Virus record (IMG/VR): IMGVR_UViG_3300037524_001229
Span: 1 to 33,250 of that record
From: a virus
Lineage: Duplodnaviria; Caudoviricetes
DNA: 33,250 nt
Strand: one strand, 5' to 3'
This document shows, piece after piece, positions 26,257 through 32,832 of this stretch (positions are counted from its first letter, which is position 1; each line of letters starts with the position of its first letter). The position numbers and the translations under genes are program-made. Below the pieces are notes generated by a model that saw only the letters and a list, made by a program, of their open reading frames with translations, did not search any database and was not told the origin of the DNA.

Positions 26257-26948
26257 GCACCACCCTCTGGCGGCATATCCCAAATGCGCCGCGTGCCATC
26301 GCAGGCGCTGCACATGCCGAGCTTGTCGTCAACACAGAACGGACACGTGATCCAATGTCCGCCATCGTGACGATGACCGGGGGGTGGGGGGTCTAACTGC
26401 TGTAGCAGTCCCATCACGCGATCCCAGTTTGTGGCAGCGGCTAAATTCTTGATCTGGCGCTCTAGTTCGTCGATCCGCCTCACGGCATTGGGCACCTGGT
26501 TCATATGCACAGTCAAGGAGGCGTTTTTTGTCTCCAGCGCGTCTACCCGCTTCTCGATTTCTTCCAGACGCTCGCTGTGGATGCGCTGCCAGTTTTTTAA
26601 CGCGTCGATGGCCTGGCAGAGTGTGACGTATTCGGCGTCCAGGGTGTCGAGGCGGGTCTGGTTGGTGGAGCAGTCGTAGCAGTCGGCCGGATCGGACGAG
26701 TTGGACGGGGCGGGAGCATCGTCGTCGTCGGTATGACGGTCACGCATGGCGCGGAGTGCCTGGAGGTCAGCGGAGCCGATGATTACTTCGACCACGCCGA
26801 GGTCAAGGTCTGTGCTACCAATGGGGGTGATGGTCAGGACGAATCCGCCGCCGGGGCCGTCTTCGTAGGTGATGAGGCCGGGCAGGTAGAGGTTGCGGTC
26901 GTCGAGGGCGAAGGTGTCTTGTGAGACGATGGCTGCTTGAATGGTCAT
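26253..26948 (-). CDS. Coiled-coil protein with C-terminal Zn-ribbon, 231 aa
   Basis: RBS GGAG; heptads LEEIEKRVDALE; CPFC...CSACDG. Confidence 0.75.
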   Translation of the reverse strand: MTIQAAIVSQDTFALDDRNLYLPGLITYEDGPGGGFVLTITPIGSTDLDLGVVEVIIGSADLQALRAMRDRHTDDDDAPAPSNSSDPADCYDCSTNQTRLDTLDAEYVTLCQAIDALKNWQRIHSERLEEIEKRVDALETKNASLTVHMNQVPNAVRRIDELERQIKNLAAATNWDRVMGLLQQLDPPPPGHRHDGGHWITCPFCVDDKLGMCSACDGTRRIWDMPPEGGA

Positions 26949-27046
26949 GGTAGTATCTCCAGGATGTAGAGTCCTGCGCAGCAGGCCAGCAGGGTGAGCA
27001 CTGCTGCGCATAGGGTGAGGGCAGTGATGCGGCCCAGGGCGGTCAT
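26945..27046 (-). CDS. 33-aa single-TM peptide (not in ORF track)
   Basis: MTALGRITALTLCAAVLTLLACCAGLYILEILP; ATGA overlaps at both ends. Confidence 0.65.
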   Translation of the reverse strand: MTALGRITALTLCAAVLTLLACCAGLYILEILP

Positions 27047-27279
27047 GGTGCGGCGATCTCGCGCCGGGCCATGGCAGAGCCGGTGACGGGCAACGCTTCG
27101 ACGACGGTGGTCTTGGGCAGGGTGACGGGGGCGCCGATGGCGTGGGCGAAACTGAGCACGCCGGCAGCGACGCCGCGCATAAACTCCGCGGAGTGGCCGT
27201 CGTTGGCCTCCAGGGCCAGGTATATGACGGTCTCAGCCATGCGGCCTAAGTCGGTTTTGTGCCATACGGATTGCGACAT
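27043..27279 (-). CDS. Hypothetical protein, about 78 aa
   Basis: MSQSVWHKTDL; GGAG RBS; alternative starts at 27291 and 27300. Confidence 0.65.
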   Translation of the reverse strand: MSQSVWHKTDLGRMAETVIYLALEANDGHSAEFMRGVAAGVLSFAHAIGAPVTLPKTTVVEALPVTGSAMARREIAAP

Positions 27280-27293
27280 GATGTGCTCCATGC

Positions 27294-27767
27294 CTACCAT
27301 TCGGCAGGCTGATACACTGCGTCCAGGTCGACCTGGACGGGCGGCTGCTCCTGGACGGCGGGCGGCTGCTCCTGGCCGGCGGGGGCGGGGAGCTGGTGCT
27401 GGGCGTCGGTGCGGGCGCCGGCGATGTACTGGCCGAATTGGGCCGGGTACTGGTCGAACGCGCCGGGGATGGTCATGATCTGGGGCTGGCCAGGCATCCG
27501 GCCGTCCAGGGTGTGGGTGTGGCGCTCGATGATGTGGCGCTCGCGCTCGACGTTGGGGGTGCGGTGGGCCAGTGCGTTGCGGGAGGCGTAGCCCACGGCG
27601 AATCCGATGCTGACGATCAGGCCGGACGTGCCGGTCATGATCAGGAGGATGGCCAAACCGTCGATCAGGCTATACAGGACGATCTCCGGGCCGCGCGGTA
27701 TCGTGTAGATGATCAGGCCCAGGAGGGCGACGAAGCCCAGGGCTAGGGAGACTCCGAAGTTCTTCAT
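27294..27767 (-). CDS. Two-TM membrane protein with Pro/Gln-rich tail, 157 aa
   Basis: MKNFGVSLALGFVALLGLII; ATGA-coupled to the FtsK-like gene. Confidence 0.8.
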   Translation of the reverse strand: MKNFGVSLALGFVALLGLIIYTIPRGPEIVLYSLIDGLAILLIMTGTSGLIVSIGFAVGYASRNALAHRTPNVERERHIIERHTHTLDGRMPGQPQIMTIPGAFDQYPAQFGQYIAGARTDAQHQLPAPAGQEQPPAVQEQPPVQVDLDAVYQPAEW

Positions 27768-28957
27768 GCGTATTGCTCCTGCCACGCGTTCTGCAATTGC
27801 TTGGCACGGGCGTGGCCGATGCGAAAGGTGGCCATGAGATCGCGCAGGCTGGCGCCGGCGGCGATGGCATCCATGACGGCATCCTCGTCGATGGCGGTGG
27901 CGCGGGCGTTGCGGACGGGGACGGCCATCGGCTCTGGCATGTCCAGTTCGGCATAGCCGGGGGCCAGGCGCTCGAAGTCCTGGGGGGCCAACAGCGGGGC
28001 CTGGAACCGCTCCAGGTTGGGCGTGACCATCAGCATGTCGCCCATGCCCTGGAGGAGGGTGGGATCGGCGCCGGCGCGGCCGGTGGTCGCGAAGCTGTAG
28101 ACGCCGGAGCCCAGCTTGCCTACAATGCGGCAGGCGGCATTGTAGGCCGCGCGGCCTACCGAGGCCTCGTCGGCGCGCTGGCTGCCCATCACCAGATGCA
28201 AGCCCAGGCCGCGGCCCTGCGCTGCCACCTGCTCCAGCACCTCGTCAGTCCGGGGGACGCGCGCCAACCAGTGGGGGGTCTCGTCTACCATGACCACGGT
28301 GGGGGGCCGGTCGGTGGGGTCGGCCGCGCGGCGGGTCAGCTCCAGCCAGAGCCATTCCAGCAGGCGGGCGAAACTATGTTCGTCGCTGATAGGGGGATGG
28401 CGCAGGGCGGCGCTGCCGTCGAAGTCCGACCAGTCCTCCAGCTTGGGGCTGGCCAGCACCAGGCGGGGCTGGCCGTCGAGGGCGAACCACCAGGCCAGCC
28501 AGCGCATGAGGCTGGACTTGCCGGAGCCGGTGAGGCCGAACACGGCGACGTGAGGGGAGACCGGGCTGCGCAGGTCCAGCCAGGCGACGTGGCCCAGGGG
28601 CGTGACGCCGAGGGGGATGAGGGAGGCGCGGCGCTGGGGGTTGCTGGCCAGCAAACGGGCGAGGCTGCGGGTGGAGACGTAGGCGCGGGCGGCGGCGGGC
28701 TTGGCCAGTTGAATCACCAGGCCGTGCTCGCTGCGGTCGATGCGGCACGACGACACGGCGCATTTTTCGGCCAGGCTGGCCTGGAGCCGCTCGACCTGCT
28801 CGATCCTGCCGCCGAACGCGGTGCGCACGACGTAGGTCCAGCACTGGGGCGCATCCTGCGCGATGACGGCGCGCGCTTTGACGTTGTGCGCTGCCAGCTC
28901 CAGGTTGACGATGTCTCGCATGATGGCCGGGTCTCGGCCGCTGCCGTAGAGGTTCAT
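27764..28957 (-). CDS. FtsK/SpoIIIE/TraB-like DNA translocase with gamma-like winged helix, 397 aa
   Basis: IPLG...LDL...PHVAVFGLTGSGKS (Walker A), ELTRR, VVMVDE (Walker B), GRGLGLHLVMGSQR, LQGMGDML; C-terminal ASLRDLMATFRIGHARAKQL. Confidence 0.92.
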   Translation of the reverse strand: MNLYGSGRDPAIMRDIVNLELAAHNVKARAVIAQDAPQCWTYVVRTAFGGRIEQVERLQASLAEKCAVSSCRIDRSEHGLVIQLAKPAAARAYVSTRSLARLLASNPQRRASLIPLGVTPLGHVAWLDLRSPVSPHVAVFGLTGSGKSSLMRWLAWWFALDGQPRLVLASPKLEDWSDFDGSAALRHPPISDEHSFARLLEWLWLELTRRAADPTDRPPTVVMVDETPHWLARVPRTDEVLEQVAAQGRGLGLHLVMGSQRADEASVGRAAYNAACRIVGKLGSGVYSFATTGRAGADPTLLQGMGDMLMVTPNLERFQAPLLAPQDFERLAPGYAELDMPEPMAVPVRNARATAIDEDAVMDAIAAGASLRDLMATFRIGHARAKQLQNAWQEQYA

Positions 28958-29232
28958 GAGAGCCTGCCGTATCTCCAGGCGATGACGTAGATCAGCATCA
29001 CGACCACGATGTAGCCGGCTGCCAGCACGGCGATGGGGGGGATCATATCCTGGATGGTGTACTGCCATACTGCCTGGCCTATCAGCAGCAGAACGCCGGA
29101 CGAGGCCAAAAACAGGGCCAGGGCGGCGACCAGGTTGTATGACCATGGGCGCAGGGGACGGCGGCGGAAGCGCGCCGCTGTCGGGGATTCGGTTATGATG
29201 ATGATCGGGGTCGTGGCGTTCCACTCGTTCAT
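28954..29232 (-). CDS. Two-TM membrane protein, 92 aa
   Basis: NLVAALALFLASSGVLLLIG and IAVLAAGYIVVVMLIYVIAW; coupled to the FtsK-like gene. Confidence 0.8.
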   Translation of the reverse strand: MNEWNATTPIIIITESPTAARFRRRPLRPWSYNLVAALALFLASSGVLLLIGQAVWQYTIQDMIPPIAVLAAGYIVVVMLIYVIAWRYGRLS

Positions 29233-29471
29233 GGTTCGATCTCGTAGTGTAGGTGCTGCCCGGCGGGGCCGCGCAGTTCGTAGAGCCGGCGGCGGCGGGT
29301 GCGCAGTTGCACGGGCGGCTGCGGGCGGTTGCAGTGGGGGCAGCGGGTGGGTTCGGGCTTGGCCAGCAGTTCGACCAGTTCGCCGGCGTCGTTCAGGCCG
29401 ATGCTGCCACGGTAGCGGCGGCTGGGCGGTGCGGAGTTGTTGTGTAGTGCGGCAATGAGTTGTCTGAGCAT
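29229..29471 (-). CDS. Hypothetical protein, 80 aa
   Basis: RBS AGGAG; CPHC motif; coupled to the next gene. Confidence 0.7.
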   Translation of the reverse strand: MLRQLIAALHNNSAPPSRRYRGSIGLNDAGELVELLAKPEPTRCPHCNRPQPPVQLRTRRRRLYELRGPAGQHLHYEIEP

Positions 29472-29473
29472 GG

Positions 29474-29683
29474 TTATCTCCTCGGTGCGGCAACGACGAT
29501 GGCGGCCATGAGCAGGATGATGACCGCGCCGCAGATGGCGTCGCCGTGGCCGGTGGCGTGGATCAGTCGGGCGAGCTGGATCAGCATCCAGACGATGCCA
29601 ACGGCCACGGCCAGGCCGTAGATGGCCAGGACGACCAGGGCGATGTAGTCCAGCGGGCGGAGGGGGTCACGCTGATCGTTCAT
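29474..29683 (-). CDS. Two-TM membrane protein, 69 aa
   Basis: Two long hydrophobic segments; coupled to the upstream gene. Confidence 0.75.
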   Translation of the reverse strand: MNDQRDPLRPLDYIALVVLAIYGLAVAVGIVWMLIQLARLIHATGHGDAICGAVIILLMAAIVVAAPRR

Positions 29684-29877
29684 GGGTTTCGGATGATAAC
29701 CGGATCGCGGCCGACGGCGCAGGCGCGGTGGCCGACCAGGTTGACGGGGATGCCGTCAGAGTGAGACTGGTCCAGGCCGCAGACCCGGCGTGGCTCGCCG
29801 GGCTGTACCGGCTTTTGGCAGTGCGGGCAGATGGGTGGTATAGTCAGCTGTGCCACGGTTATTGCTCCTTTCGTCAT
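29680..29877 (-). CDS. Small Zn-binding hypothetical protein
   Basis: CPHC...HRAC; the true start may be the GTG after AAGGAG. Confidence 0.65.
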   Translation of the reverse strand: MTKGAITVAQLTIPPICPHCQKPVQPGEPRRVCGLDQSHSDGIPVNLVGHRACAVGRDPVIIRNP

Positions 29878-30042
29878 GGTGATCGTGGCTGGCGCCAGTC
29901 GGGTTGTGTCCGGCTGGCGCTTTGGTTTTGTCGGGGGCGGTCGGTCGCCCTGGGCTGGCCTCGTGTGCAGCTTCCGCAGAGGTTGCGGTGGCTCAGCGCA
30001 GGAGGGGCGCCGCTGACACGAGGACAGTCGAGGATTACCGAC

Positions 30043-30108
30043 CTGGGGCTGCGCTGCTGTAGAGCGGGCTGCAACGCTCCCAGCCGGCCAACAGCAGCGC
30101 AGGCCCAG
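30043..30108. repeat. Long intergenic hairpin (18 bp, one mismatch)
   Basis: CTGGGGCTGCGCTGCTGT (30043-30060) pairs with ACAGCAGCGCAGGCCCAG (30091-30108). Confidence 0.85.
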
Positions 30109-30115
30109 ATGGCCG

Positions 30116-30403
30116 TTAGTTCATGGGGATGACGCCGGGGCTATCCTCCAGGTAGATGGCGGTGACTGCCGGCCAGCCGTGGCCGTTGGGGCTGGCGATG
30201 ATGCGACCCAGGCGGGCGGGGACCATCACGTCTAGCAGGTCCTGATAGGTGATCAGGTCGTATTCGCCGCTGGTGGTCTCCAGGTAGATGCCGTCGTCGC
30301 TGACGGTGATGTTGGCGATGCCGGCGGGCAGGGCGGGGGCGGGGAGGATGATCTCCCAGCCGTTGCCGGGGCCGAAGCTGAGGGTGGGGAGGGTGGCGTT
30401 CAC
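30116..30403 (-). CDS. Hypothetical protein, 95 aa
   Basis: GTG start with GAGGAG RBS, overlapping the upstream stop. Confidence 0.75.
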   Translation of the reverse strand: MNATLPTLSFGPGNGWEIILPAPALPAGIANITVSDDGIYLETTSGEYDLITYQDLLDVMVPARLGRIIASPNGHGWPAVTAIYLEDSPGVIPMN

Positions 30404-30678
30404 AGGTCGGTCTCCTCGACGATGCGGGTGTGGCTGCCGTTGCCGTTGGCGACGACGGCGGCCTGGCGGGGGATTGAATGGGCGATGACACGGGCGCCGG
30501 CCTGGCTGGCCACCAGGTGGACCAGGGTGCGGCGCAGCTCGTCGACGACCTGGGGCAGGTCCAGATCGTAGGCGTTGAACTGGGTGCCGTCGGGGCCGGG
30601 CTGGATGATGATCAGCGGGGAAGGGCCGGCGGTGTAGGCGGGTGAGGGCTTGGGGGTGTTACGTACTCCGCGTGGCAT
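30400..30678 (-). CDS. Hypothetical protein, 92 aa
   Basis: RBS AAGGAG; typical codon usage. Confidence 0.75.
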   Translation of the reverse strand: MPRGVRNTPKPSPAYTAGPSPLIIIQPGPDGTQFNAYDLDLPQVVDELRRTLVHLVASQAGARVIAHSIPRQAAVVANGNGSHTRIVEETDL

Positions 30679-30693
30679 GGTGTGCTCCTTGTT

Positions 30694-30720
30694 GGATGGG
30701 TTGGACGGGTTGGACTAGTC
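30694..30720 (+). repeat. Tandem 9-bp repeat cluster inside the minus-strand operon
   Basis: GGATGGGTT GGACGGGTT GGACTAGTC; same strand as the late-operon copies. Confidence 0.85.
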
Positions 30721-32433
30721 GGCGGCGTAGCTGGCTTGGACGCGATCCTGGAGGGCGAGAGCCTCAAACCAGAGATAGGTCTGGCGCTTCATCAGCGCGT
30801 CGCGTTGGTCGCTGTGGACATGGTGCATGATGGTGTCGGCCAGGGCGCGCAGGCCGTCTAAGAACGTCGTCATGCTGTCAGGGGCTGGTAGACCGTCGCC
30901 AGGGTGAAGAAAGTCGTCGAGCCAGACGCGGGCATCGCTGAGTTGCCGGGCGATCTCCTCCTCCAGCGGCGGGAGCCATGGAGCGCGCCGGCCGGCGATG
31001 GCGAGGAGTTGCTCCATGCTGGTGCGAACGTTGGCCAGGTGTTTCTCCGGCTCGTAGGGCTGATACACTTTGATCAGGCCGGAGACGATGACGGGAATGC
31101 AGTGATCAGCGTCCCAGGTGACAACCTGCTCGCGCTGCTCCCACTTGCCGTAGACTCTGGCCAGCAGGCGCAGGGCGTCCAGGGGGAAGGTGGCCAGGTG
31201 GGGGGTGAGGGCGGCCTCGACATCCCGGATGATCTGCTTCAGATGGCGCTTGCCGTCGGTGGTGGTGGCTTTGCGGGCTTTGGCCAAACAGGTGCATTCC
31301 TTCAGGCCGCCAACGCCGTAGTGGCACATAAACGACCAGCCGCTGCTATATCCTTTGCGCACGCGCAGGTTGGGGCATTGGTGAGCGGGCGGGCTGTCGG
31401 CGGTTTCGGGCAGGCCCAGCAGGCGCCGGGCGTCACTGTAAAAACCGTCGTAGGCCGTGCCGCCACTTTCGGAAAAGATGGGCACGCCGGTGAGCTCGAC
31501 GATCTGGCGGTGCTCGATGGCCTGCCAGGCGCTGGATTTGGCGTGCCAGCAGGGGGGCATGGTGCAGCGGTCTTCGTCGCCCACGGTGCGGATGTAGGAG
31601 CAGCCGGCGCACGTGGGCTGGACAGCCTCGGCCAGGTCCTGGAAGTTGTAGCCGCGCCAGTGATCGGGCAGGGCTTTGGTGGCCTGGAGGACGGCGCCCT
31701 GGACGTGGCTGCGGATGTTGTCGGAGGGGGCGCCGTTGCGGGCTTTCTCGACGGCGCTGGCCAGGTCGCTGTAGCTGTTGAGGGCCTGCTGGGCCTCGGC
31801 CGGCAGGGTGGCCAGGGGGATCAGAGCTTCAGCCTGGCGGTTGGAGATCGTGCCGCTGGCTACGTCGGCCTGGATGGCGGCCGGGAGTTGGAGCAGGCGC
31901 AGGGCGTTGGCGACGGTGGGGCGGGACACGCTGAAGCGGTCGGCGATCTGCTGCTGGGTGAGGCCCTGCTCGGCCAGCATGGCCATGAGTTGCGCGCGGT
32001 CGATGGCATTGATGTCGGCGCGGTGGTAGTTTTCGGCGAACACAACATCTAGCATCTGGTCGTCGGTCAGGGGCCGCACGACGCAGGGGACGGTCTCCAG
32101 GCCGGCCAGGTGGGCAGCCAGGCGCCGGCGGTGGCCAGCGGCGATCTGGTACTCGCCAAGATGGCCATCGCGGTCGGGGTGCATTCGGACGACAAGCGGC
32201 TGGATGATGCCCTGGCTGGCGATGTCGGTGGCCAGGTTAATCAGGTCGGGGTCGTCGTCGCTGATGGAGGCGCTGCGGCGCTGGTAGGGGTTGTCGTCGA
32301 GATCGGCCAGTGCAATCTGGACGACGCGCTCGCCGTCGCCGACGGGGCCGAACATGGCGACCAGGTCGTCAGTGTTCGCGCGCGAACCGTTGGCCGGGGG
32401 TGCTAACACGTCGGGGGTGGCTTTGCGTGACAT
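30715..32433 (-). CDS. parB: ParB/Spo0J-family protein with HTH and Cys-rich C-terminal extension, 572 aa
   Basis: NPYQ, GIIQPLVVR, AGHRRRLAA (GxRR), ENYHRADIN, HTH LTQQQIADRFSVSRPTVANALRLL, CAGC...CTMPPCW. Confidence 0.93.
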   Translation of the reverse strand: MSRKATPDVLAPPANGSRANTDDLVAMFGPVGDGERVVQIALADLDDNPYQRRSASISDDDPDLINLATDIASQGIIQPLVVRMHPDRDGHLGEYQIAAGHRRRLAAHLAGLETVPCVVRPLTDDQMLDVVFAENYHRADINAIDRAQLMAMLAEQGLTQQQIADRFSVSRPTVANALRLLQLPAAIQADVASGTISNRQAEALIPLATLPAEAQQALNSYSDLASAVEKARNGAPSDNIRSHVQGAVLQATKALPDHWRGYNFQDLAEAVQPTCAGCSYIRTVGDEDRCTMPPCWHAKSSAWQAIEHRQIVELTGVPIFSESGGTAYDGFYSDARRLLGLPETADSPPAHQCPNLRVRKGYSSGWSFMCHYGVGGLKECTCLAKARKATTTDGKRHLKQIIRDVEAALTPHLATFPLDALRLLARVYGKWEQREQVVTWDADHCIPVIVSGLIKVYQPYEPEKHLANVRTSMEQLLAIAGRRAPWLPPLEEEIARQLSDARVWLDDFLHPGDGLPAPDSMTTFLDGLRALADTIMHHVHSDQRDALMKRQTYLWFEALALQDRVQASYAAD

Positions 32434-32446
32434 GGGACTTCTCCAA

Positions 32447-32644
32447 TCAGCCGGCGGTGATCATCGCAGCTTCGTCGTCCATCTGCTCGGCCCAGGTGCG
32501 GAGCTGGGCGGCGCCGGCTCGCAGGATGACGGCCTGCTGCTCGGGGGCCAGCTTGTTGGCGGGCCGGCGGGTGCGGATGACGAAGCGCAAGGAGTAGTTG
32601 TCGCGGCTGGCCTCGATGGTGATGGGGGGTTGGGTTTTGATCAT
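32447..32644 (-). CDS. Hypothetical protein, 65 aa
   Basis: MIKTQPPITIEASRDNYSLRF; the ATG lies 9 nt after the array; weak RBS. Confidence 0.6.
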   Translation of the reverse strand: MIKTQPPITIEASRDNYSLRFVIRTRRPANKLAPEQQAVILRAGAAQLRTWAEQMDDEAAMITAG

Positions 32645-32652
32645 GGTGTAGT

Positions 32653-32832
32653 CGCTTCTAAGCTTCGGGTTAATTGGGGCGTTCGGCTCGCTCTGGCGGG
32701 GCGGGTTACTCAGGCAGGGCGGCTCGCTTAGAAACCTCGGGTTACTTCGACAACTAGGCTCGCTTGCTGGATTCGGATTTCTTCGGCGGATCGGCTCGCT
32801 TCGCCACAACGGGTTACTTGCGAATCTTGGCT
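32653..32832 (-). ncRNA. TIGR-like dual-repeat guide RNA array, 5 x 36 nt
   Basis: Edge repeat (+ strand GGCTCGCT) at 32685, 32721, 32757, 32793, degenerate at 32649 and 32829. Loop repeat (+ strand GGGTTACT or variant) at 32667, 32703, 32739, 32775, 32811. Exact 36-nt period, 18-nt offset, unique spacers. Confidence 0.9.

Noticed and set aside
32653-32832. CRISPR array
   Set aside because: The repeats are 9 nt, of two alternating types, with 9-nt spacers; there are no cas genes.
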